A stretch of 64,000 nt of DNA from Thermoanaerobaculia bacterium. Lineage in GTDB: Bacteria > Acidobacteriota > Thermoanaerobaculia > Multivoradales > JAGPDF01. Both the position numbers and the translations under genes were made by a program. Each line of letters starts with the position of its first letter. Within the stretch, counting starts at the first letter, position 1. Shown here piece by piece: positions 1 through 9,022 of the stretch. Under the pieces are notes generated by a model. It made no database searches. It saw only the letters and a program-made list of their open reading frames with translations, and had not been told where the DNA came from. The stretch spans positions 1,182,696 to 1,246,695 of the forward strand of contig JASNYQ010000001.1 of the NCBI GenBank assembly GCA_048500095.1, in the 5' to 3' direction.

Positions 1-1027
1 CGCCCAGGCCGAGCTCCTCGCCCACGGCATCACCACCTTCCACGACGCCGGCGCCTCCTTCGCCACCGTCGACCGCCTCCGCCGCTACGCCGACGAGGGC
101 CGGCTCAAGGTGCGGCTCTGGGTGATGCTCGACGAGCCGAACGAGCGGCTCGCCGCGGAGGCGGGCAAGTACCGGCTGGTCGGCTACGGCGGCGGCCGGC
201 TCACGGTGCGCGCCATCAAGCGCTGGCTCGACGGGGCGCTCGGCTCGCGCGGCGCGTGGCTGCTCGCGCCCTACTCCGACCTGCCCACGAGCACCGGCCT
301 CGTCACCTACCCGCTCGCCGACCTCGCGGAGACGGCGCGGATCGCCGCCGCGCACGGCCTGCAGCTTTGCGTCCACGCGATCGGCGACCGCGCCAACCGC
401 GAGGCGCTCGACCTCTACGAGGCGACGTTCGCCGCGCATCCCGAGCGGCGCGACTGGCGCTGGCGGATCGAGCACGCCCAGCACCTCGACCCGGCCGACA
501 TCCCGCGCTTCGCGCAGCTCGGGGTGATCGCCGCCATGCAGGGGATCCACGCGACGTCGGACGCCCCGTTCGTCGTGCCACGCCTCGGCGCCGCGCGCAC
601 GAAGGCCGGCGCCTACGCCTGGCGGGCGCTCCTCGACTCGGGCGCGATCATCGCCAACGGCACCGACGCCCCGGTCGAGCCGGTCGACCCGCTCGCGAGC
701 TTCCGCGCCTCGGTGACGAGGAGAACCGCCGACGGCTCCGTCTTCCTCCCCGAGCAGCGGATGACGCGGCTGGAGGCGCTGCGCTCCTACACCTGGGCCG
801 GCGCCTACGCCGGCTTCGAGGAAGAGGAGAAGGGCAGCCTCGCCCCCGGCAGGCTCGCCGACATCGCCGTCCTCTCCCGCGACATCCTCGCCGTCCCCGA
901 AGAGGAGATCCGCACCGCCGAGGTCGACCTCACGATCGTCGGCGGCGAGGTCGTCTACGAGCGGAGGCACCGCGCCGGCACGCCACGGACAGGCGCCACG
1001 GAGGCCCGCTCCGCCCGCTCAGAATAG
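1..1027 (+). CDS. amidohydrolase-family protein, 5'-partial (frame open from window edge; the ORF track starts it at 110)
   Basis: Frame is open from nt 1 and stops at 1027. Product has a metal-dependent hydrolase-like HAIGDRAN...TDAPV pattern. Confidence 0.55.
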   Translation, partial: AQAELLAHGITTFHDAGASFATVDRLRRYADEGRLKVRLWVMLDEPNERLAAEAGKYRLVGYGGGRLTVRAIKRWLDGALGSRGAWLLAPYSDLPTSTGLVTYPLADLAETARIAAAHGLQLCVHAIGDRANREALDLYEATFAAHPERRDWRWRIEHAQHLDPADIPRFAQLGVIAAMQGIHATSDAPFVVPRLGAARTKAGAYAWRALLDSGAIIANGTDAPVEPVDPLASFRASVTRRTADGSVFLPEQRMTRLEALRSYTWAGAYAGFEEEEKGSLAPGRLADIAVLSRDILAVPEEEIRTAEVDLTIVGGEVVYERRHRAGTPRTGATEARSARSE

Positions 1028-1251
1028 GCATTTGTGGCCGAGTGGGCATCTGCCGAGGTGGTACTCTCCTCTGCCGGGATGAGAACCCCTCGCGGCTCGA
1101 CCCGGGCGACCGGATGCCGCAGGCGGCGGAGCACGGGGCGGGTCGGGATCGAGCGCGGCGCGGGCACCGGCGAGCCGAACTCCTGTCGATGCACGCGAAG
1201 AGAGGATCCCGCGGCCGCCGACCGGCCCGCGTCCCTGCCCACGGAGAGATC

Positions 1252-2679
1252 ATGAGAGTGGCGAATCGAGACTCGCTCCGGACCGCGCTCGCGTGCGCGG
1301 CCCTGCTCGGGACGTGGGTGGCGGTCGCGCCGCCGCCCGCCCGGGCGGAGGCGTTCGAGCAGGCGGGCAGGGTGCCGGCGGCAAGGTACCTGTCCCCCGC
1401 CCAGTCGAGCGGCGAGGAGTGGCGCGTCGCGCCCGAGGCCGACAACGACGGTGCGTTCAACACCTACGTCGTGGAGAGCCGATTCGGCAGCTTCCGGGCC
1501 CGCGGCGCCGCCAGCGTGGCCCTGCGGGGGCGCGAGATCGCGGCGCTCCTCGAGCTCGAGAGCGTGTCGAAGTCCGAGGTCTTCCTCGACGCGGTGAAGG
1601 ACTCCGCGCTCGGCTCGGTCGAGACCGTGATGGCCTTCGTCGCCAGCCCGGTGGAGACGGTCAAGGGCCTTCCCTCGGCGGTCGGCCGCCTCTTCCGGAG
1701 GACCGGGTTCCAGCTCAAGGAGGCGTACGTCGACCTCCGGGAGGCGAAGGAGGAGCACGAGCAGAAGCAGGCCGCCAGGGCGGAGAGCGAGGCCGCTGCG
1801 GCGGCCGACCCCGAAGCCGCCGCGGCGCTCGCGGCGGAGCAGCGGGCGGCGAGCGAGGAGCGCGAGGAGAAGCTGAAGGAGCTCGCGAAGAAGGAGGCTC
1901 TCGACTACCTCCGGATCACCGGCGCCGAGCGGCGCTGGTACGCCGCCCTCGGAGTGGACCCGTCCACCGACAACGAGGTGCTGCGCCGGGCGATCCGGAG
2001 CTACGCGCGCGTCGAGGGCCTGACGAGGTTCGGCATGAAGTTCGTCGGGATCCCGGTGATCCCGGGAGCGAGGGAGATCCGCAAGACGATGCAGCTCGTC
2101 TGGGAGACCGATCCCTGGGAGCTGCGGCTGCGCAACCGCCAGCAGCTGCTGGCCGCCGGGCTCTCCGAGGAGACCGCCCGCGCCTTCGAGGACAACCCCT
2201 ACCTCACCCTCACGCAGCAGACCGGCCTCCTCGCGACCCTCGACGAGATGAGAGCGGTCGCCGGGCGGGAGCGGCTGATCGCCCGTGGCATCGACCTCGC
2301 GTCGAAGGAGGAGGGACAGCAGCTCTTCCAGTCCACGATCCTGCTCGCCCGGCACCACCTGGCCACGCGGCCGCTCGCCGAGATCCTCGCCGGCACCGAG
2401 CTGCCGGTCGCGCGCACCGCCGACGGCAGGCTCGTGGCGGCGCTCGCCGCCGATGCGCTCTTCTGGACCGAGGAGGTCGCCCGAGGGATGGCCGAGTTCG
2501 CCGCCACCTATCGCGGGGAGCCGGCCACGGTGCGCGAGCTCTGGATCGTCGGCATCGCCTCGGAGCGGTTCGGCGAGGGAGCGAAGAAGCTCGGATGGAC
2601 GGTCTTCGACGAATGGCAGGTGGTGACCGCCGACGACGAGGAGGGCGACGAGGAGAGTGCCGCGGCGGCCGGGGGCTGA
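1252..2679 (+). CDS. secreted hypothetical protein with Glu/Ala/Lys-rich coiled-coil segment
   Basis: ATG at 1252 lies in frame inside the longer 256..2679 ORF. N-terminal signal-peptide-like MRVANRDSLRTALACAALLGTWVAVAPPPARAEA. No recognisable catalytic motif. Confidence 0.5.
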   Translation: MRVANRDSLRTALACAALLGTWVAVAPPPARAEAFEQAGRVPAARYLSPAQSSGEEWRVAPEADNDGAFNTYVVESRFGSFRARGAASVALRGREIAALLELESVSKSEVFLDAVKDSALGSVETVMAFVASPVETVKGLPSAVGRLFRRTGFQLKEAYVDLREAKEEHEQKQAARAESEAAAAADPEAAAALAAEQRAASEEREEKLKELAKKEALDYLRITGAERRWYAALGVDPSTDNEVLRRAIRSYARVEGLTRFGMKFVGIPVIPGAREIRKTMQLVWETDPWELRLRNRQQLLAAGLSEETARAFEDNPYLTLTQQTGLLATLDEMRAVAGRERLIARGIDLASKEEGQQLFQSTILLARHHLATRPLAEILAGTELPVARTADGRLVAALAADALFWTEEVARGMAEFAATYRGEPATVRELWIVGIASERFGEGAKKLGWTVFDEWQVVTADDEEGDEESAAAAGG

Positions 2680-2756
2680 GCGCTCTCCCTGCCACCCGCC
2701 GTCTGCCCGCCCCCGACCCGTCCTCGACACGCGTGCCCGCATCCGGAGGATCCCGC

Positions 2757-4985
2757 ATGTTCCGCCACGCCGCAGCCCCCCTCCTCGCTACCGCCCTCCT
2801 CGCCGCCCCCGGCCTCGCCCGGGGCGACGAGCCCGCCGCGGCCGCTCCCGACCGGCCGCGCATCGGCGTCGTCCTCTCCGGGGGCGGCGCGCGCGGCGCG
2901 GCCCACGTCGGCGTCCTCAAGGTGCTCGAGGAGATGCGCGTCCCCGTCGACGTCGTGACGGGAACGAGCATGGGCTCGATCGTCGGCGGCCTCTACGCCG
3001 CGGGCCTCACGCCGGCCGAGATGATCGAGACCCTCACCAGCCTCGACTGGAACGACGCGCTCACGGACCGCTCGCAGCGCGACCTGCTCGACTACCGGCG
3101 CAAGCAGCTCGACGAGCTCTACGCCCTGCGCGCCCGGGTCGGCCTCCAGGGAACGAAGATCAAGCTGCCGCTCGGCATCATCCAGGGCCAGAAGCTCGAG
3201 CAGGTGCTGCGCGCGCTCACCCTGCAGGTGGCCGACGTCGAGGAGTTCGACGAGCTCGTCGTCCCCTACCGCGCTATCGCCACCGACCTCGCCACCACCG
3301 AGGCGGTCGTCCTCGAGCGCGGCGACCTCGTCCGGGCGATGCGCGCCTCGATGTCGGTGCCGATCGTCTTCGCCCCGGTGGAGATCGACGGCCGGCTGCT
3401 CGTCGACGGCGGCATCGCCATCAACCTGCCGGTGCAGGTGGCCCGCGAGCTGGGCGCCGAGGTGATCATCGCCGTCGACATCAGCGCCAACCTCGCCCCG
3501 GTCGCGGCGCTCGGCTCGGCCTACGCCGTCAACGACCAGATGCTCACCGGCCTGATGCGCCGGCAGACGAACGCCGACCTCGCTTCGCTCGGGCCGGACG
3601 ACGTCGCGATCGTCCCCGACCTGCACGAGTTCACCGCCGCCAGCTTCACCTCGGCGGCCGCGATCATCCCGCGCGGCGAGGCGGCGGCGCGTGCCGAGGC
3701 GGTCCGCGCCCGGCTGGCCCGCTACGCGCTCTCCGAGGAGGAGTGGGCGCGCTACCGCACGGCGCGGCGGATTCCCGACCGCTCGCTGCCGGTGGTGCGC
3801 GAGATCCGGGTGCGGCAGGACTCCGCGCTCGACGAGAGCTTCCTGCGCAGCCTGCTCGACACGGAGGCGGGAAAGCCCCTCGATCTCGGCCTCCTGCGCA
3901 CCGACCTGCAACGGCTCTACGGCCTCGACCTCTGGGAGCGGGTCGGCTACCGCCTCCTCGAGAGGGACGCCCGCGGCGCCGTGCTCGAGATCGACGCCCG
4001 GCGGCGCAGCTGGGGGCCGGACTACGTCCGCCTCGGCATCACCCTCCAGGACGACGTGGAGGGCTCGACGGCGTTCAATTTCCGCTTCCGGCTCAACAAG
4101 TTCGAGATCACCCGGAGCGGCGGCGAGTGGGTGACCGAGCTCCAGCTCGGCGAGAACCAGCTCGCGCGCACCGAGCTCTACCAGCCGGTCGGGGGGCGGC
4201 GCCGGTTCTTCGCCGCGGCCCGCCTCGAGGCGCGTCGCGACCCGGCCCTCTTCCTCGCCGGGTCGGAGTCCGCGATCGACACCCGCCAGTCCGCCTACGG
4301 CGGCGCGCTCGATTTCGGCAGCGCCCTCGGCGCGTGGGGCGAGATCCGCCTCGGCCTGCGCTACGAGGAGGGCCGCTACGACCTGCGCGCCGGCGGCGAC
4401 GGGCTCCGGGACCTCGACTACGTCGCCTCCGGTCCGGCGCTGCGCCTGGGCTGGGACACGCTCGACAACGCCAGCTTCCCGCGCCGCGGCGGCGGCGGCA
4501 GCATCTCCTACCTCCACAACCTCGAGGCCCTCGGCGCCGACGAGAACCTCGGCCGCGCCGAGCTGCGCTTCCTCCACGCCTTCCCGACCCGCCGCGGCAG
4601 CCTCCTCGCCGGCCTCTCAACCGGTGCCTTCACCGAGGACGACACCGCCTTCGCCCAGCCGTTCACCCTCGGCGGCTTCCTGAGCCTCTCGGGCCTCGGC
4701 TCCGAGCGCCTGGCCGGCCGCTTCTACGGCCTCGGCCGCGTCCTCTACCTCCACCGGCTGCTCGAGCTCGACCTCGGCGCGATCAAGAGCCCGATCTACC
4801 TCGGGGGTTCGCTCGAGTACGGCGGCGCCTGGCTCACCAGCGACGCGATCGACACCGCCAGCGCCCAGCTCCACGGCTCGCTCTTCGTCGGCATCGACTC
4901 GCCGCTCGGCCCCGTCTACCTCGGCTACGGCGCCGGCGACGGCGGCACGAGCGCCGCCTACCTCTTCATCGGCCGCGCCTTCTGA
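2757..4985 (+). CDS. patatin-like phospholipase fused to POTRA/Omp85-like beta-barrel (PlpD-like, type Vd autotransporter architecture)
   Basis: Signal peptide. Patatin GGGARG oxyanion motif and GTSMG (GxSxG) nucleophile, with DGG later. Long C-terminal beta-rich region ending in an aromatic residue, typical of an Omp85-type barrel. Confidence 0.8.
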   Translation: MFRHAAAPLLATALLAAPGLARGDEPAAAAPDRPRIGVVLSGGGARGAAHVGVLKVLEEMRVPVDVVTGTSMGSIVGGLYAAGLTPAEMIETLTSLDWNDALTDRSQRDLLDYRRKQLDELYALRARVGLQGTKIKLPLGIIQGQKLEQVLRALTLQVADVEEFDELVVPYRAIATDLATTEAVVLERGDLVRAMRASMSVPIVFAPVEIDGRLLVDGGIAINLPVQVARELGAEVIIAVDISANLAPVAALGSAYAVNDQMLTGLMRRQTNADLASLGPDDVAIVPDLHEFTAASFTSAAAIIPRGEAAARAEAVRARLARYALSEEEWARYRTARRIPDRSLPVVREIRVRQDSALDESFLRSLLDTEAGKPLDLGLLRTDLQRLYGLDLWERVGYRLLERDARGAVLEIDARRRSWGPDYVRLGITLQDDVEGSTAFNFRFRLNKFEITRSGGEWVTELQLGENQLARTELYQPVGGRRRFFAAARLEARRDPALFLAGSESAIDTRQSAYGGALDFGSALGAWGEIRLGLRYEEGRYDLRAGGDGLRDLDYVASGPALRLGWDTLDNASFPRRGGGGSISYLHNLEALGADENLGRAELRFLHAFPTRRGSLLAGLSTGAFTEDDTAFAQPFTLGGFLSLSGLGSERLAGRFYGLGRVLYLHRLLELDLGAIKSPIYLGGSLEYGGAWLTSDAIDTASAQLHGSLFVGIDSPLGPVYLGYGAGDGGTSAAYLFIGRAF

Positions 4986-5003
4986 GCGCCCGCCCCGACA
5001 CCC

Positions 5004-5086
5004 AATCCGGTGACAGTTTACTTATTGAAACCAGCCCCTCGACCCGCCGGCGCACCGTGGGGCAATAAGTAAACTGTCACCGGATT
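5004..5086. repeat. hairpin element copy A: 23-bp perfect inverted repeat (aatccggtgacagtttacttatt / aataagtaaactgtcaccggatt) around a 37-bp spacer
   Basis: Read directly from the sequence. The arms are AT-richer than the surrounding DNA. It lies between convergent gene ends (4985 and 5086). Confidence 0.9.
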
Positions 5087-5565
5087 CACTCTTTCATGAT
5101 GTAGACCAGCTTCACGTACGGCGGCAGGTGGGAGGAGGCGTCGACGGTGACGTCGTGGGTGTGGCCGTCGTTGGCGGCGTGCTCGTCCTTGCCCTCCTCG
5201 AGGCTCTCGTCGTCCTCCCGCGGCTTGCTCGTGCGGCCGCGGTGCGAGTGCGTCGCGGCGCCGCCGAGCTCGCCGACCGCGCCGGTCGCCGGGTCGAGGC
5301 CGAGGACGAAGCGGTTGCGCAGGTCGGGCGTGAGCTGGCCGCCCGCCGTCATGCGCCCGTCGCAGAGCACCCAGCCCGGGGGCACCGCGGTGCCGTAGAA
5401 GGCGACGATCGTGCCGCTCGGAACCAGCGGCGGCGGCGGCGTGGCGACCGGGGTCGGTTCCGGCACCGGCGTGGCGGCCGCCTCCTCGGCCACCGGCGGC
5501 GCGGGGCTGCAGGCGGCGACGAGGAGACCTGCGAGGGCGAGCGCCGTCACGCCCCCCCCGCGCAT
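5086..5565 (-). CDS. lipoprotein with phage tail-collar-like domain
   Basis: Start taken at MRGGGVTALALAGLLVAAC (lipobox), internal to the longer ORF. Motifs GWVLCDGR, LPDLRNRFVLG, THSH and LPPYVKLVYIMK match the tail-collar / MdpB family. Confidence 0.55.
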   Translation of the reverse strand: MRGGGVTALALAGLLVAACSPAPPVAEEAAATPVPEPTPVATPPPPLVPSGTIVAFYGTAVPPGWVLCDGRMTAGGQLTPDLRNRFVLGLDPATGAVGELGGAATHSHRGRTSKPREDDESLEEGKDEHAANDGHTHDVTVDASSHLPPYVKLVYIMKE

Positions 5566-6026
5566 CAGCGGTCCCTCCGCTCGACCTCGATCTCGACCGT
5601 GCCGAACCCCTTGTCGTCGATCTCCACGTTCGCCCAGGAAGCGCCCTTGACGAGCTCCCACTCGATCTCGCCCGGCTTCTCCTCGAGCTTCTGCACCTGC
5701 CAGCCGTCGGTGGCGATGCGGTCGGCGTAGAACTGGCGCACCTCCTGCCAGGGGGCGTTCGCTTTCACCTTCCGCTTCCAGCTGTGGCTCCAGCCGTCGC
5801 CGGGGCCCTTCTCCTCGGTGACGACCAGCACGGCGCCGGGGTAGTCGGGCCAGCCCGGCACGACCTCCGCCAGCGCGGTCCGGCTCTCCGCCGGGGCGGC
5901 CTGCGGCGCCGGCGCCTCTACCGCGGGCGCCGGCGACGGCGACGGCGGCGGCGGCTCCTGCCGGGCGCAGGCGAGCGCCGGCAGGGCGAGCAGCAGGGTG
6001 AGTGCGATCACGGCCCAGGACCTCAT
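5565..6026 (-). CDS. hypothetical lipoprotein
   Basis: N-terminal MRSWAVIALTLLLALPALAC lipobox followed by a Pro/Ala-rich linker. Its stop overlaps the downstream start. Confidence 0.5.
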   Translation of the reverse strand: MRSWAVIALTLLLALPALACARQEPPPPSPSPAPAVEAPAPQAAPAESRTALAEVVPGWPDYPGAVLVVTEEKGPGDGWSHSWKRKVKANAPWQEVRQFYADRIATDGWQVQKLEEKPGEIEWELVKGASWANVEIDDKGFGTVEIEVERRDR

Positions 6027-6199
6027 CGTCGTCTCCTCCGGTCGATTCGAGGCCGCCCTTCCGCGGGCGGCGCCGGGTTCATGGTAGGACGCCGGTGGGC
6101 CGAGTCAAGGGGCGGCCGCCCTGCTACGATCTCCTCACATCCGCCGCGGCCGAGGGAGACCCCGTTCGAGGCCCCGGAGCCGCGAGCGGCAACCCCCCG

Positions 6200-7795
6200 A
6201 TGCGCGCCGCGCGCCCCGCGCCCCCCGCTCCCGAGCCCCCCGGCTCGCCGGCCCCGCGGCGCGACCTCCTGCTCCTCGTCGCCAGCCGCGTCGCCACCCG
6301 CCTCGGCGACGGCTTCCTGCGCGTGCTCGCGGTGCTCCTCGTCGCCGCCAAGAGCAAGGACCCGATGATCGCCGGCCTGGTGCTGGTCTCGCGCTACGTC
6401 TGCGAGATCCTCATCAACGCGGTCTCGGGGCCGGTCATCGACCGGCTGCGGATCCGCACCTCGCTGCTCGCCTCGGACCTCGCGCGCACCGCGCTCGCCG
6501 CCGGGCTGGTGGCGGCGGTGCTCGGCGGCGCCCCCTACCCGGTCTACCTCGTCCTCTCCTTCCTCGGCGACTTCGTCTTCCTCTTCTTCAAGCCGGCGGT
6601 CGACAAGGTGGTGAAGGTGAGCTACCCGGCGCGCGAGGGGACGAAGGTCCTGTCGCTCCTCGACGCCGCCAACCACGCTTCGAACATCGGCGGCTACGGC
6701 CTCGCGAGCCTCGCGGCGGGTCTGTTCGGGAGCGCGGTGGCGGTGGTCGCGGCGCCGTTCTTCTTCGCGCTCTCGGCGCTCTTCGTCTCCGCCCTGCGCC
6801 TGCCCGGCGAGTCGGTGATCGACTACCGCGCCGAGCGGAAGGCCTCCTACTGGGTGCGCCAGCGCGAGGGGCTCCGCTACACCTGGGCGAGCCCGCCGCT
6901 CCGGCTGCTGCTCCTCGGCCGCTCGCTGGTGGCGGTGGCGCGCGGCTCCTTCTCGGTGCTCTCGGTCGCCTACCTCGCCTCGCTCGCCGGGGGGCTGGCC
7001 GCCTACGGCTACTTCGAGTCGGCGCAGTCGGCGGGCAAGGTGCTGGTCACCGCGCTCGTGATCCCGCTCTTCTTCGCCTACCGCTCGACCTTCCTGCTCA
7101 CCGCGCTGGCGCTGGTCGCGGTCTCGCTCTCCTTCTTCGGCCTGAACCTGGTGGGGACGGTGACGCTCGCCTGCGTGGTCGGCGGCCTGGTGGGCGCCGG
7201 CCAGGCGGCCGAGGCGGTGGGGATCGACGCCATCGTAAACCGCTACGCCGACGCCCGCATCCAGGGGCGCGCGAAGTCGACCACCAGCTTCGGGAGCCGC
7301 CTCTCCGGCCTCGCCGCGATCGGGATCGTCTACCTGCTGGTCTCGACCGGCCGCGCCGACGCCCGCGAGCTCTTCGCCTGGCTCGGCGTCTTCCCGCTCC
7401 TCGCGGCGGCGGTCTTCCTGCTCGGCTGGCTCGCCGAGCGCGGGTCGCTCGCCGAGCTCGAGTTCCCGGCCGAGCGCGAGCCGGCGCACCTCGCGGTGCA
7501 CGAGCCGGGCCGCCCCCGGCGCGAGGTCGCGCTCGGCGAGAAGGCGCTCCTGATCGGCCGCGCGGAGCGCAACGACCTCGTGCTCGCCGACCCGGAGGCC
7601 TCGCGGTTCCACGCCGCGCTGCGCCCCGAACGCCAGGGCTGGGCGGTGGAGGACCTGCGCTCGGCCAACGGCGTGTGGCTCGACGGCGAGCGGGTGGAGA
7701 AGGCGCCCCTCGTGCCAGGGAGCCGGATCCAGATCGGACAGACGCTGGTGATCTTCGAGCGCGGACCGGCCGCGGCCGGCCGCGGGGAGGCCTGA
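6200..7795 (+). CDS. MFS-type transporter with C-terminal FHA domain
   Basis: ATG at 6200, internal to the longer ORF whose upstream part is Arg/Ser-rich junk. About 12 hydrophobic helices in an EntS-like MFS pattern. C-terminal FHA signature GR...SRFHA...SANGVWLDGERV...GSRIQIG. Confidence 0.65.
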   Translation: MRAARPAPPAPEPPGSPAPRRDLLLLVASRVATRLGDGFLRVLAVLLVAAKSKDPMIAGLVLVSRYVCEILINAVSGPVIDRLRIRTSLLASDLARTALAAGLVAAVLGGAPYPVYLVLSFLGDFVFLFFKPAVDKVVKVSYPAREGTKVLSLLDAANHASNIGGYGLASLAAGLFGSAVAVVAAPFFFALSALFVSALRLPGESVIDYRAERKASYWVRQREGLRYTWASPPLRLLLLGRSLVAVARGSFSVLSVAYLASLAGGLAAYGYFESAQSAGKVLVTALVIPLFFAYRSTFLLTALALVAVSLSFFGLNLVGTVTLACVVGGLVGAGQAAEAVGIDAIVNRYADARIQGRAKSTTSFGSRLSGLAAIGIVYLLVSTGRADARELFAWLGVFPLLAAAVFLLGWLAERGSLAELEFPAEREPAHLAVHEPGRPRREVALGEKALLIGRAERNDLVLADPEASRFHAALRPERQGWAVEDLRSANGVWLDGERVEKAPLVPGSRIQIGQTLVIFERGPAAAGRGEA

Positions 7796-7798
7796 GCC

Positions 7799-9022
7799 AT
7801 GGGAGAGGACGTGACGCGCACCGCCGTGCGACAGCCGGGGCTCGAGGAGGAGGCGGTCCGCCTCTTCCACGACCTCCACCAGGCCGCCTCCGCCGGGGCC
7901 ACCGAGGCGGCGGTCGACTACGGCGGCGCCCGCTTCGCGGTGGCGCTGCCTCCCTTGGGCGAGGGCGACCGCGGCATCGTCTATCACCTGCGTGGCTGCT
8001 CGCTGCCGCTCCCTCCGGACCCCGGGCCGCTCTGCCTCAAGGTGGCCAAGCTCCAGGCGGTCTGCCGCGAGCGGCTGCTCGAGGAGCAGATGACCACCGA
8101 CTTCTTCCTGTCGCGCGAGGTGGCGGTGCCGCGGATCCTCGCCATGGACCCGCTCGGGCGCTTCGCGGTCAAGGAGTACGTCGAGGGGGAGTCGATCACC
8201 AGCCTCTACCTGCGCTTCTCGACCCTCACGGTGCGCACCCAGGGGCTGATCCTCGAGGGGCTCCGCGCCTTCCTCGAGCGGCTGCTCGCGCTCTTCCGCG
8301 AGCGGCCCGACTGCCAGGTCTCGATCAGCCCGAACAACGTCTACGTCCTCACCGAGGCGGGCCGCTTCCGCGACCCCGCCCGCTTCGTGCTCATCGACCC
8401 CGGCACCACGCTCAAGAAGAGTTACGACGACTTCACTTTCGAGAAGTACTGGAACGAGGTGCTGCCGGACCGCATCCGCAAGTACCAGCGCACCGGCTAC
8501 CTGCAGTGGCTGGTGCCCAAGGAGGTGACGCAGTCGGACCGCGACGAGGCGAAGGAGTTCGGGATCTTCCGCGGCCTCAAGCCCTCGGAGGTCTTCCTGC
8601 TGCTGCAGGCGGCGCGCACCGTGGAGTTCGACGCCGAGGAGACGATCCTCCGGGAGGGGGCGATCGGCGAGAACTTCTACCTCGTGCTCGAGGGCGAGAT
8701 CCAGCTGCGCCGCGGGCCGCTCGGCGAGCCGGTCGGCCGCCCGCTCGGCCGCGGCGCGGTGCTCGGCGAGATGGCCTTCCTGCTGCGCGTGCCGCGCTCG
8801 ATGACCGCGGTGGCGACCACCCCCTGCCGGCTGATCGAGGTCGACCGCCAGAAGTTCGACGAGCTGCTCGACGCCCAGCTCGCCGCCCCGTACAAGCTGC
8901 TCCGGAACATCGCGGTGGCCCTGGCCGAGCGGCTCCACGAGCTCGACGCCGTCCACCACGGGCGGCACCCGGCGGCGGCCGCCGCAGCGGCTCCGGCAGC
9001 GGCCGCGGAGGAGGCCCGGTGA
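7799..9022 (+). CDS. atypical protein-kinase-like domain fused to cyclic-nucleotide-binding (cNMP) domain
   Basis: N-terminal half has a Gly-loop GEGDRGIVY, a VAIK-like LCLKVAK, SISPNNVYVL in the catalytic-loop position and DPG in place of DFG. C-terminal half is cNMP-binding (FRGL...FYLVLEGE...GEMAFL...R..TAVA). Confidence 0.6.
   Translation: MGEDVTRTAVRQPGLEEEAVRLFHDLHQAASAGATEAAVDYGGARFAVALPPLGEGDRGIVYHLRGCSLPLPPDPGPLCLKVAKLQAVCRERLLEEQMTTDFFLSREVAVPRILAMDPLGRFAVKEYVEGESITSLYLRFSTLTVRTQGLILEGLRAFLERLLALFRERPDCQVSISPNNVYVLTEAGRFRDPARFVLIDPGTTLKKSYDDFTFEKYWNEVLPDRIRKYQRTGYLQWLVPKEVTQSDRDEAKEFGIFRGLKPSEVFLLLQAARTVEFDAEETILREGAIGENFYLVLEGEIQLRRGPLGEPVGRPLGRGAVLGEMAFLLRVPRSMTAVATTPCRLIEVDRQKFDELLDAQLAAPYKLLRNIAVALAERLHELDAVHHGRHPAAAAAAAPAAAAEEAR

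Noticed and set aside
256-1251. N-terminal 332-codon extension of the 256..2679 ORF
   Set aside because: It overlaps the amidohydrolase gene in another frame and is Arg/Pro-rich. The genuine start is the ATG at 1252 followed by a signal peptide.
5004-5086. Hairpins as ordinary independent Rho-independent terminators
   Set aside because: There is no T-run after the stem. A 19-23-bp arm identical at two loci is not expected from independent terminators. Kept as a repeat-element finding instead, though terminator function is not excluded.
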